From a virus: 64,000 nt of DNA. This document shows positions 9,731 through 18,861 of the stretch, piece after piece (the first letter of the stretch is position 1; every line of letters begins with the position of its first letter). Made by a program: the position numbers and the translations under genes. The stretch covers positions 1 through 64,000 of the IMG/VR virus record IMGVR_UViG_3300020469_000011; one strand, 5' to 3'. The notes beneath the pieces were generated by a model. It searched no databases. It saw nothing but the letters and a program-made list of their open reading frames with translations, and was not told where the DNA came from.

Positions 9731-9959
9731 TATAAATCTCACAATCATACAAAAGGTCATTTACAAAAATTTCTTTTACAAAATTTTCAATACCTTCTGT
9801 ACCAAGTTCATTTGCAACGTCATCATCTATATTAACATAAAAGATTTGTCCAACTTTAATCTCTTTTATTCCTGATTGTAGTTCTAACTTTTTCTGTATT
9901 ACTTCTCCCTCTATGTCTTTTATTCCTTCTCTCAACTTCGTCTTTATTTCTATAAACAT
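9720..9959 (-). CDS. purS: FGAM synthase subunit PurS
   Basis: 79 aa, KLREGIKDIEG..I...L..VG...N pattern, adjacent to purL/purQ. Confidence 0.75.
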   Translation of the reverse strand: MFIEIKTKLREGIKDIEGEVIQKKLELQSGIKEIKVGQIFYVNIDDDVANELGTEGIENFVKEIFVNDLLYDCEIYNVS

Positions 9960-11193
9960 ACTCCTCTCCTATATCTTTTCTATATGCTATATTGTCAAAA
10001 CATATCTTATCAATCTCATTATACACGTTTCCTCTTGCTTTGTCAAGCATTTCTCCGAGAGCAGTTACATTTAGCACCCTACCTCCTTTGGTTTTGAATT
10101 TTTGAGCGGTCTCATCAAATTCTGTAGCAGCATGAAAAACTTGGACATCTTTATTTACATTTTCCAATCCCTTTATAATATGATCTATTTTATATTCTGT
10201 CGGGTATCCTTGAGAACATAAAGACACTGTAATCGCAGAACCTTCATAAAATTTAGGTTCTGGTAAATCTTCTAATCCGCCTTTCGCCATTGCCATAAGA
10301 TAGGGAGCAAGATCGTCTTCCATTAACATCATTAATACCTGACATTCAGGATCTCCAAATCTTACATTATATTCTATTACATAAGGACCTGTTTCATTGA
10401 TCATTAATCCAATATAAAGAATTCCTTTATATTTTAATCCTTCAAGTCGCATACCATTTAAAGTTGGTTTTATAATACTGTTTTCAATTATTTTTTTCAT
10501 TTTGTCTGTAATTAAAGGATGTGGTGCTATCGCTCCCATACCTCCAGTATTCGGTCCTTTATCACCATCTTCCAATCTTTTATAATCTTTACAATACGGT
10601 AATACCTTGTAAGTATCTCCGTCTGACATGACAAAACAACTTGCTTCAAAACCTGATATAAAATCTTCAAATAATACTTTATTACTAGGTGACTTGTACC
10701 TATTATTAATAAAGATATGTGGAATATTGCTCCAAGCTTCTTGTTTAGATTTTGCAATTACTACTCCTTTCCCGCCACAAAGACCATCTTCTTTTATAAC
10801 TACAGGATAGTATTCATTTTCTAGATTGAGAGGATCTATGCTAACAATTTTATGTGGACGATCATTCCTATATGCATCAAGATCTAATAGTGCTTGAGTC
10901 ATTCCTTCTGGATTTCTTGTGTATGTCAACCATCTAGCTGTTGGTATATCCCATCTTTGCATGAACTGTTTCGCCCACAACTTGCTAGATTCTAATCTAG
11001 CAGCAAGTCTATTTGGACCTACGATGGGTGTATGAGTGAATTGATATCTATCTACAATACCATTTGCTAAAGGTGCTTCTGGTCCAACAAAGGCCAAATC
11101 TGGATAATTATTGGTAACAACGTGACCATCTTTTTCTAATTTCCATTTTATTGCGGCTTCTCTACCTCCAGAGCCTATTAAATCTATTTTCAC
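9856..11193 (-). CDS. purD: GAR synthetase
   Basis: GSGGRE, VGPEAPL, LESSK, DGLCGGKGV, GPNTGGMGA, EYNVRFGDPE, GGRVL, YRKDIG. Confidence 0.95.
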   Translation of the reverse strand: MKIDLIGSGGREAAIKWKLEKDGHVVTNNYPDLAFVGPEAPLANGIVDRYQFTHTPIVGPNRLAARLESSKLWAKQFMQRWDIPTARWLTYTRNPEGMTQALLDLDAYRNDRPHKIVSIDPLNLENEYYPVVIKEDGLCGGKGVVIAKSKQEAWSNIPHIFINNRYKSPSNKVLFEDFISGFEASCFVMSDGDTYKVLPYCKDYKRLEDGDKGPNTGGMGAIAPHPLITDKMKKIIENSIIKPTLNGMRLEGLKYKGILYIGLMINETGPYVIEYNVRFGDPECQVLMMLMEDDLAPYLMAMAKGGLEDLPEPKFYEGSAITVSLCSQGYPTEYKIDHIIKGLENVNKDVQVFHAATEFDETAQKFKTKGGRVLNVTALGEMLDKARGNVYNEIDKICFDNIAYRKDIGEEYVYRNKDEVERRNKRHRGRSNTEKVRTTIRNKRD

Positions 11194-11204
11194 TTTTCAA
11201 TCTC

Positions 11205-11753
11205 TTAAAATACATTATTATCAACTACATTAACATTTTCTTTACTATAAACAGTATTAAACTCGGCATTAATAACATCAATTTCTTTTTCTTGTTTATT
11301 TCTTTCATCGTTTAACTTATGATGAAGATCAACGTCACTTAGTGCAAGAATTTCTATTGCCAATAAAGCAGCATTTTTGGAATTGTTAATCGCAACAGTA
11401 GCTACAGGAACTCCTCTTGGCATTTGAACAATAGATAATAAACTATCTAATCCTTCGGCTGTTGAGGTTCTTACTGGCACTCCGATTACTGGTAGCACAG
11501 TTAGAGCAGCAAACATACCTGGTAAATGAGCGGCTCCACCAGCGCCAGCGATGATTACTTTAAATCCATCATCAACTGCAGATTTTGCATATTTTGTCAT
11601 TTTGAGTGGAGTTCTATGTGCGGATAATATTCTTTTTTCATAAGAAACATTATAATACTCAAGAGTATCACAAGCAGGTTTCATTACTTCCCAATCACTT
11701 TTACTTCCCATTACAACACTTACAACTGGATTTTCCATATTATTCTCCTTCAT
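11205..11753 (-). CDS. purE: N5-CAIR mutase
   Basis: VMGSKSD, SAHRTP, AGAGGAAHLPG, PVIGVP, IVQMP.GVPVATVA. Confidence 0.97.
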   Translation of the reverse strand: MKENNMENPVVSVVMGSKSDWEVMKPACDTLEYYNVSYEKRILSAHRTPLKMTKYAKSAVDDGFKVIIAGAGGAAHLPGMFAALTVLPVIGVPVRTSTAEGLDSLLSIVQMPRGVPVATVAINNSKNAALLAIEILALSDVDLHHKLNDERNKQEKEIDVINAEFNTVYSKENVNVVDNNVF

Positions 11754-11970
11754 GATTTATAGTTTTATCATCAATAAAATATTTTTCTATCATGTCTATT
11801 TGTTCTTGATACTTAGCAATCATATCTATTTCTCCTTCTATAGCTTCTAATATATCACTATGTTCTCCAATACCCACTGGATTATTTAAATACACTTCTA
11901 CATTTGTTTTGTGTTTGTCTATTTTTCCTTTAGCATGAGATACTAAAGAGTTTATAATTATCTGTCTCAT
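11740..11970 (-). CDS. conserved phage hypothetical protein
   Basis: HAKG.IDKH..NVEVYLNNPVGIGEHSDI pattern. Confidence 0.65.
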   Translation of the reverse strand: MRQIIINSLVSHAKGKIDKHKTNVEVYLNNPVGIGEHSDILEAIEGEIDMIAKYQEQIDMIEKYFIDDKTINHEGE

Positions 11971-11971
11971 T

Positions 11972-12694
11972 TCATCTCTCCATTAATATTTTATATAATT
12001 TATAAGGATTAAAACAAACAGTTCCTAAAGATATTCCGTTTGCACCGTGATCTAAGTATCTTTTTATATCTGTTTTATTTTCTATTCCTCCACCAGCTAT
12101 TATTTCTAAGTTAGAAATGTTTAAAGATTTTAATATATCAATTATTTTAATAACATAAGGATATAAAATTTTACCAGATTGTCCACCTTTATCTGTTAAA
12201 AATGTATTACAGCAATGTATGCTTGTAAATCCAGTATTGATAAGTTTTTCTATTTCTTTTTGCTCAAAGGTGGGAGAAATTTTAACAATAACTTTTCTTT
12301 GATTTGTTAAAAACTTTTCTATACCTTGTGTGTAATTTTCAAAATGTTTGATATTTGGACAACTTAAATTTAATTCAACATCTACATCATCAGGAACTAC
12401 TTCTGATAATATAGACCAATCATCAGATTCAATTGCTGCTAATGAAAGTATTTCTTTTTTATTTTTTCTATATTTTTTTAGGCCAAATTCAATTCCAGGA
12501 TTTCTTAAACCTATAGAATTGTACCATGATCCATTAGAATAGCGTAAAGTTTTTAGTATCTGTTTTATTAGACCTTTACGTTTGTAAAGAGTGAAAGAAC
12601 CTCTTACGCTTTTTGTATTGTTAGTATGAATGTAATTTCCGAACGGAGCCGCTATGTAAGTAGAAATCAATTCACTAGATTCATTATTAATCAT
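11972..12694 (-). CDS. pyrD: dihydroorotate dehydrogenase-like FMN TIM-barrel protein
   Basis: NSIGLRNPG, ELNLSCPN, VKISP, NT, GGQSG, IIAGGGI, GA..ISLGT. Confidence 0.75.
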   Translation of the reverse strand: MINNESSELISTYIAAPFGNYIHTNNTKSVRGSFTLYKRKGLIKQILKTLRYSNGSWYNSIGLRNPGIEFGLKKYRKNKKEILSLAAIESDDWSILSEVVPDDVDVELNLSCPNIKHFENYTQGIEKFLTNQRKVIVKISPTFEQKEIEKLINTGFTSIHCCNTFLTDKGGQSGKILYPYVIKIIDILKSLNISNLEIIAGGGIENKTDIKRYLDHGANGISLGTVCFNPYKLYKILMER

Positions 12695-12699
12695 ATGTT

Positions 12700-12912
12700 T
12701 TATTTTTTATATTCTGGTAAGTCCTTGTGTTTAGTTGATGCAAATTTTTTAACATCTTTCAATGAAATTCCTTTAGCAATTTTTTTTACTTCATCAGAAG
12801 CATCTTTCATTTCACCCTTTTTATAAGCATACACCATACCCATCAATTTTTGTTGACTTTTTGATAATGCTTTTTCTAGGATAACTTCCTGAAATTCTTT
12901 GAAGCTTTTCAT
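12700..12912 (-). CDS. putative internal head protein with capsid-targeting-like N-terminus
   Basis: MKSFKEFQEVILE N-terminus; QQKLMGMV...FASTKHKDLP. Confidence 0.6.
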   Translation of the reverse strand: MKSFKEFQEVILEKALSKSQQKLMGMVYAYKKGEMKDASDEVKKIAKGISLKDVKKFASTKHKDLPEYKK

Positions 12913-13049
12913 TCCTCTTTTTTATCCTTACCTTTATCATCTTTTTTGGCTTTGGCTAAAATAGCTTTTTGTAAAGCGGGAGGTAATTTTTTTTGCTTTG
13001 CTGTAAGTGCTTCTGTTATTTCTTCTATAAATTGTTTAAATGGTTTCAT
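12909..13049 (-). CDS. small basic putative internal head protein (46 aa; not in ORF track)
   Basis: MKPFKQFIEEITEALTAKQKKLPPALQKAILAKAKKDDKGKDKKEE*, ATGA overlap with the next gene. Confidence 0.6.
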   Translation of the reverse strand: MKPFKQFIEEITEALTAKQKKLPPALQKAILAKAKKDDKGKDKKEE

Positions 13050-13100
13050 TTTCTTTCTTTTTATTAGAATTTAATTTATAATTATATTTACATCTATTTA

Positions 13101-13550
13101 TCAATTAATTACAATAGGTATAATTTTTAATCCTATTATATCTGCAAGACCTTCGGTGTCTGAATTACTAAATGCTATAGCATTTTTATCTGCCATTACT
13201 TCTCTATACGTTTCCATAATTGTTTGTTTTACATCAACTTGTTCTAATTGACCTCTTGCTATTTTCTCTTCAATTTTTCTTTTAAGTAAATGTGGAGGTA
13301 ATACTGAAATTTCACGTACTACAGAATCTAATAAAATAGAATCTTTACCATATAATACAATAACAATTTTTGTTTCAACACCTTGAATAACTTCTGCTCT
13401 ACCTTCCAAAACATACATCAACTCTTCTCCACTTATCTCAGTAAGCCTGTTTTGAGGGTGAACCGCTATAGAATTATCTGCCTGCGTATTCGTAAATAAT
13501 ATCGAAAACGCTAATATTAAACTAAAAAACGTAAGTAATAGAAGCCGCAT
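13101..13550 (-). CDS. secreted small periplasmic-binding-protein-like protein
   Basis: Signal peptide; IAVHPQN..IS.EEL..V..G and V..DKNAIAF motifs. Confidence 0.55.
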   Translation of the reverse strand: MRLLLLTFFSLILAFSILFTNTQADNSIAVHPQNRLTEISGEELMYVLEGRAEVIQGVETKIVIVLYGKDSILLDSVVREISVLPPHLLKRKIEEKIARGQLEQVDVKQTIMETYREVMADKNAIAFSNSDTEGLADIIGLKIIPIVIN

Positions 13551-14670
13551 AGGTTTCCCAAGTTTCCTTTAAATTAGTATTAGTTAACCTTCTATTTTCT
13601 TTCCAAGTTAACTGTTGTGTGCCGTTGGTGTGACTGTACTGTCCCTTAAAAATTAAATTATCAAAATGATCATAAGAAAAACCGGTTCCTCTATGAGTTT
13701 CTTTATCATCGTTTTCTAATACATCGTAGCCGTAGTTTGCCCATAATTTATATTTATGATTACGGTATTGAATCATAGTATTCCAGAATTGATATTTATA
13801 CGGTCCCAATCTATATCCGTAATATTTTTGTGTTAAATCATTTGCTGTTCCATCACCAACTCGCAGTCTATCTATTTTTTCAAGTGTAAAAATAAAATCT
13901 CTCCAATAATATTCACCAGCATTATATCTATAAACATAATTTAGATCTACTAAATCATATTGTCTATCTTCTTCTTTTATTGACTTATTTAAATTGTAAA
14001 ATTTAGGTGTTGGATAAAAATCTGTTGTAATACTACCTTCAATTTGACGATATCTAAAACTATTGTAATAAAATTCTAATTGATATGAATAATTAATATT
14101 TTGTGATTGTGCGTCCATTCCCCTAAAGTTTTGAGTATAATCTTCTTTTGGACGTAAATCACTATTTCTACCTATCAAATATTCTAATTCAAAACATGCT
14201 CTACCAATATGCATTCTACCGAAAAAAGAATGACCGTCAATTGACGTTAGAAGTTGTCTTGTGTTTTGCCATACCATATTTGTTGGATAATATTGCAAAA
14301 CAAAAGGTCTTTCAGGTGCAAATTTAGTATCACTCCAAAATCCAAAAGGTACACTTAATCTACCAATTCTATATCCTACTCCATAATCTCTTTTATTAAA
14401 GTCCGCTTGTACAAAAGAATAATTAAAATCTAATTGTCTATCATCATCATACGCTGATTCATAAACAAATAAACTATTCCATTTTAAAATCTTTGTTAAA
14501 TTTACATTTAATTGTAAGCCTAATTCAACATTAGCATGATTTTCTGGTAATTCATTTTCTGTTGTTTCAACATAACTTGTTGTAAGCCATGAACGTGTGC
14601 TTAAACGTAAGTCTGCGTTTGCTATTCCGTATACTAAACAGAATATTAGCGTAAGAACTATTTTTTTCAT
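13522..14670 (-). CDS. outer-membrane beta-barrel (porin-like) protein
   Basis: Signal peptide, aromatic-rich alternating strands, RIGRLSVPFG, C-terminal SITYVF (BAM signal). Confidence 0.75.
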   Translation of the reverse strand: MKKIVLTLIFCLVYGIANADLRLSTRSWLTTSYVETTENELPENHANVELGLQLNVNLTKILKWNSLFVYESAYDDDRQLDFNYSFVQADFNKRDYGVGYRIGRLSVPFGFWSDTKFAPERPFVLQYYPTNMVWQNTRQLLTSIDGHSFFGRMHIGRACFELEYLIGRNSDLRPKEDYTQNFRGMDAQSQNINYSYQLEFYYNSFRYRQIEGSITTDFYPTPKFYNLNKSIKEEDRQYDLVDLNYVYRYNAGEYYWRDFIFTLEKIDRLRVGDGTANDLTQKYYGYRLGPYKYQFWNTMIQYRNHKYKLWANYGYDVLENDDKETHRGTGFSYDHFDNLIFKGQYSHTNGTQQLTWKENRRLTNTNLKETWETYAASITYVF

Positions 14671-15311
14671 TTGGAGGTTTTGGGAGTTATCTTAGTTATT
14701 TTTGAATAGACATCTGAGATGCTAAAAGTATTCGTGTCAACACTTTTTTCTACTGAAGTTAGATTACTAGAGACTTTTAAGATTTGTTCATCAATTGTAA
14801 CCAAAGTTTCTTTTACTGAATCTACATTACCTTGCATTACAAATAATTGTTTTTCAGTATCTCTATTTTGATCTGTTAAAGTAGTTACTTGAGTTTTTAA
14901 TAATGGCACGGAATCAAGTTTGGTTTGCATCTCATACAAAGAGTTCCATACAGAACCTAAACCTCCGGCAAATACTACACCAAGTATTGCACCAACATAT
15001 TTGGAAACATTAGATTTTTTTACCGTATTATGATCTAAATCTTCAATTTTTTCATGTATATGGTCTAATAATTTTTCATGATGACCTTTCTCACGGTCTA
15101 TTATTTCACCAACTTTAGGAAGAACACTCTTATAAAGGTAAGATTCAAATTCACGAACTAAATAATCGCTATCTGTTGATTTTCTTGTTAATTCTAATAC
15201 TTCTTTTTCAAATGATTTTAAACGAATATCCAGGTCGTTTTGCTTTTCTATTATTTTAACTTCATGTTTAGCTAACCACTCATAAAATTGTTCTCTTGTG
15301 AAATCAGACAT
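14667..15311 (-). CDS. single-TM coiled-coil membrane protein
   Basis: Central hydrophobic segment YVGAILGVVFAGGLGSVW flanked by heptad-rich regions. Confidence 0.6.
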   Translation of the reverse strand: MSDFTREQFYEWLAKHEVKIIEKQNDLDIRLKSFEKEVLELTRKSTDSDYLVREFESYLYKSVLPKVGEIIDREKGHHEKLLDHIHEKIEDLDHNTVKKSNVSKYVGAILGVVFAGGLGSVWNSLYEMQTKLDSVPLLKTQVTTLTDQNRDTEKQLFVMQGNVDSVKETLVTIDEQILKVSSNLTSVEKSVDTNTFSISDVYSKITKITPKTSK

Positions 15312-15353
15312 TTTTTATAATGGGTAAAAAATTAAAGAAATTAAATCTTTTAA

Positions 15354-15626
15354 TTATTTATATGTTTGAGTTTTTTCTAAAAACTCAGTAATAATATTAA
15401 CAATAAAATCATTTATTTTCATATCTTTCTCATGTGCTTCTGTAGCCAAAAACATGAATGTTTCCTTACTGATATCAATAGTTATTTTTTTCTGAAATTC
15501 ATCATCAACTGTTTGAAAAACATTTTCATTTTTTTCTAGATATTCAATTGAAGAATCAAAATCACTATCTTTATTAATATCCATTAATATATTTTTAATG
15601 TCTCTCAATTCTTGTGCGGTATTCAT
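15354..15626 (-). CDS. hypothetical protein
   Basis: ITIDIS.ETF..LA.EAHEKDM.IN motif, RHH-like. Confidence 0.5.
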   Translation of the reverse strand: MNTAQELRDIKNILMDINKDSDFDSSIEYLEKNENVFQTVDDEFQKKITIDISKETFMFLATEAHEKDMKINDFIVNIITEFLEKTQTYK

Positions 15627-15964
15627 TACATTCCTATTTTTAAGTCCATTGATATCATTTCCATATAATCAGATAATATATCTTTATGAATAGGAAATTT
15701 TTTTCCATTTTCTTCTACCATCACATACATCTCATCTATCTCATCTTCTTGATCTTCATCATCTTCATTTAAAAACTCTATTTCTATTTCGTTACCTAGC
15801 ATTTCCATTACATCATTTTCATTTACTTGCGAAAGTGATAGTTGCATTTCTACTACTGCTCCATTTTGATAGGTTACACTTTCTTTCATTACAGAGCCAT
15901 CAAACTCACCTTCCCATTTTAAAGGCACTGAAGATTTTGTCATGTTTTTTATTTTACTATTCAT
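15626..15964 (-). CDS. acidic hypothetical protein
   Basis: Operonic ORF. Confidence 0.5.
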   Translation of the reverse strand: MNSKIKNMTKSSVPLKWEGEFDGSVMKESVTYQNGAVVEMQLSLSQVNENDVMEMLGNEIEIEFLNEDDEDQEDEIDEMYVMVEENGKKFPIHKDILSDYMEMISMDLKIGM

Positions 15965-15967
15965 ATA

Positions 15968-16210
15968 TTATTCTGTAGAATTTTTATAGTTATTAAAAAT
16001 ATGCATCACATAAGAAGGATTCATAATTCCAAAATTATCAATATTTTGAACTGACATTTTATTATTTTTATTATTTTTTAATATCATGTTCTCTGAATAA
16101 GTAAAACATTCTTTATCTATTACAATATTTACAATTGCATCTTCTTCATCACCAAAGCAGGTATTTAAATTGACATTTACATCGTTATCGTATATAATAA
16201 TAGGTTTCAT
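15968..16210 (-). CDS. hypothetical protein
   Basis: ORF with AGGAG RBS. Confidence 0.5.
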   Translation of the reverse strand: MKPIIIYDNDVNVNLNTCFGDEEDAIVNIVIDKECFTYSENMILKNNKNNKMSVQNIDNFGIMNPSYVMHIFNNYKNSTE

Positions 16211-16337
16211 AAACTCCTTTTATTGAAAAGTTTTCAAATATATTTATGAGATAGTCTAACATATCTTTACAAAAAAATCAAGTTTTTTATTCAGCATAAA
16301 TATAGATGACAAATAATTTAAACAGTTTAGGAGATAT

Positions 16338-16859
16338 ATGTCAGCACCATCTTTAATAGATGCGGGAAACGGAGATTTAGATAATAATTTCTCACAAGTA
16401 AATAGATTTGAGATGGTTTTTAGTGTTTTGCCGAATGTAACTTATACTTTAAATGAAGTAAATTTACCGGGCATATCAATGAATAATCCGATAGTTCCTA
16501 CAGTTTTAAATAATACCTTTCAGGCAGCAGACTCTGCTACTTTTGATCAATTAAATATAAGTTTTTTGGTTCAAGAAAATTTTGCAAATTACTTTGAACT
16601 ACATGATTGGATGAGAGCAATTTCTTTTCCAGAAAGTTTTGAAGATAGAAAAAACTTAGTAAGATTTGAAGGGGATAATAGTTATGGATTTTTAACAATT
16701 AACAATAGTTATAATAAACCTTTATATAGATTTCATTTTTATAATATCATACCAAATACATTAACTGGTTTAAATCTTGTTTCAGCAGATGCAATTGAAT
16801 TGATGGCTTCGGCTAATTTTAATTATACAATATTTCGTAGGGAAGTTGTAAAATCGTAA
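16338..16859 (+). CDS. tail completion/sheath stabiliser (gp3-like)
   Basis: LPNVTY...VNLPGIS...FLVQENF.NY.ELHDWM; synteny with uvsY-uvsW. Confidence 0.75.
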   Translation: MSAPSLIDAGNGDLDNNFSQVNRFEMVFSVLPNVTYTLNEVNLPGISMNNPIVPTVLNNTFQAADSATFDQLNISFLVQENFANYFELHDWMRAISFPESFEDRKNLVRFEGDNSYGFLTINNSYNKPLYRFHFYNIIPNTLTGLNLVSADAIELMASANFNYTIFRREVVKS

Positions 16860-16872
16860 TTTTAATTTTGAG

Positions 16873-17340
16873 GTGAATATGATTAATCATGAGCTTATTT
16901 CTGAAGAATGGAATAAAGACTATCCAAAATATGCAGACCTTGCAAAAAATCTTTCAAATCTAGATCAAATAACACTAAAAGTAGAAAATAATTATAATAA
17001 GTATTGGGATTATTACTATAAGGCTTGTGGTGAACTTTATCGTTTAGAAAACAAGTTAGAAGAAATAGAAAAAATTCTTAAACTTTATTATTCTAAGAAA
17101 CCACTGTCTGATGAAAATGTACAAAGATATAACTTAGAGGCCCTTCAAATATCTTATACTAAACAAGAAGTGGATATGATGGTACGTTCTGACCCGAGAA
17201 TTTGTGAGATGAAAAGTCAAATTAAATTGAAAGAGTTAGTGGTTGAAAGAATTAAAGGATGTATTAAATTTATTACGGATTGGAAATGGAATCATAGCAA
17301 GTTTATAGAATTATATAAAATAAAGAATGGAATTATTTGA
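16873..17340 (+). CDS. uvsY: recombination mediator UvsY-like
   Basis: Helical 155-aa protein between gp3 and uvsW. Confidence 0.65.
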   Translation: MNMINHELISEEWNKDYPKYADLAKNLSNLDQITLKVENNYNKYWDYYYKACGELYRLENKLEEIEKILKLYYSKKPLSDENVQRYNLEALQISYTKQEVDMMVRSDPRICEMKSQIKLKELVVERIKGCIKFITDWKWNHSKFIELYKIKNGII

Positions 17341-18783
17341 ATGGACAATATAACAATAAATTTTTTTGATAATAGCAATTGTAAATTGAATTGTGATTAT
17401 GGAATTTTACATGAGTTAAGCGATGTATTTTCTTATTTTATTCCAAGTGCAAAATATCATCCTAAATTTAAGGCTAAAAAATGGGACGGTAAGATTCGTT
17501 TAGTTGATTTAAGAAGAAAAACAATACCATATGGTTTAATACATCGTCTTAAAAATTATTGCAAATATAAAGGTTATCAATTTAATTGTGATTTTAGTTT
17601 AGAGTTAAATGATTTTTCAGAAGAAGAAGCATTAAATTTTATTAATGAATTACAAATGCCTTTCGATATAAGAGATTATCAATTAGAAGCATTTATATAT
17701 GCTGTACAAAAACAAAGATCAATATTAGTATCTCCAACAGGAAGCGGTAAGTCTGCAATAATTTATTTACTTATGAGATTATTTTATCAATTAGACCGTA
17801 AGGTTTTAATGATTGTTCCTACAGTAAATCTTGTAACACAAATGAAACAAGATTTTGAAGATTACTCAGGTAATATTGAAAGTATGCCAGTTCAAGAAGT
17901 ATATGCAGGTAAAACTAAAGAACTTTCTTCACCAATTATGATTTCAACTTGGCAAAGCCTACAAAATCTTGATAAAAGCTGGTTTTCTCAATTTGATACA
18001 GTTGTTGTTGATGAGACTCACTTGGCTACCGGAAATACTCTTCAAAAAATCCTAAACAACTGTATTAATGCAGATTTTCGTGTTGGACTTACCGGAACTT
18101 TAACCGGAGAAAAAATACATGAGATGTTATTGATCGGCGCAATTGGTGAACCAAAGAAGATCATTACTACTAGTGAACTTATCGAGAGTGAGATGTTAAG
18201 TGATTTAAAAGTTAAGTGCTTGATATTAAATCACATTGACTCTCCTTCTAAAATGAACTATCAGGAAGAAATATCTTATTTAATAACACATAAAAAAAGA
18301 AATGATTTTATTATTAATTTAGCAAAAAAATTAGAAGGAAATACTTTAGTATTATTTAATTACGTTGAAAATCACGGAATTAAATTATTTGAACAGATGG
18401 AAAAAGAAGTTTTTGATAAAAATTTATTTTTCATGAGCGGAGAAACAAAAGCCGAATTAAGAGAAAACATAAGACAGCATGTAAGAAATAATCATTCCGA
18501 TAATATTATTTTTGCAAGCAGTGGAGTTTTCTCTACAGGTGTTAATATACCCGCTTTACATAATGTTATATTTTCTTCACCAACTAAATCTAAAATTCGT
18601 GTTTTGCAATCTGTTGGAAGAATTTTAAGAAAACACGATTCAAAAGAAACCGCAACCGTCTATGACATAGCGGATAAAATTTATAAAAATAAAAAAAACT
18701 ATGTGTTTTCTCATTTTGAAGAAAGATATAAGTATTACATTGAAGAAGATTTTAATGTTAAATATTATGAAATTAAAATTTAA
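17341..18783 (+). CDS. uvsW: SF2 DNA helicase UvsW
   Basis: WDGKIRL, RDYQ, SPTGSGKS, DETH, FSTGVNIP, LQSVGR. Confidence 0.92.
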   Translation: MDNITINFFDNSNCKLNCDYGILHELSDVFSYFIPSAKYHPKFKAKKWDGKIRLVDLRRKTIPYGLIHRLKNYCKYKGYQFNCDFSLELNDFSEEEALNFINELQMPFDIRDYQLEAFIYAVQKQRSILVSPTGSGKSAIIYLLMRLFYQLDRKVLMIVPTVNLVTQMKQDFEDYSGNIESMPVQEVYAGKTKELSSPIMISTWQSLQNLDKSWFSQFDTVVVDETHLATGNTLQKILNNCINADFRVGLTGTLTGEKIHEMLLIGAIGEPKKIITTSELIESEMLSDLKVKCLILNHIDSPSKMNYQEEISYLITHKKRNDFIINLAKKLEGNTLVLFNYVENHGIKLFEQMEKEVFDKNLFFMSGETKAELRENIRQHVRNNHSDNIIFASSGVFSTGVNIPALHNVIFSSPTKSKIRVLQSVGRILRKHDSKETATVYDIADKIYKNKKNYVFSHFEERYKYYIEEDFNVKYYEIKI

Positions 18784-18861
18784 GCTTGACTTTTTATATA
18801 AAATGCTGTATCATATACTTATTCTTAATCAATATGAATAACACAATAAGGAGAATTTTAT

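Noticed and set aside
6608-12694. Bacterial chromosome or prophage-flank origin of the metabolic genes
   Set aside because: The genes are interleaved with phage-type hypothetical genes, share the AT-rich composition and are streamlined; no host housekeeping context is present
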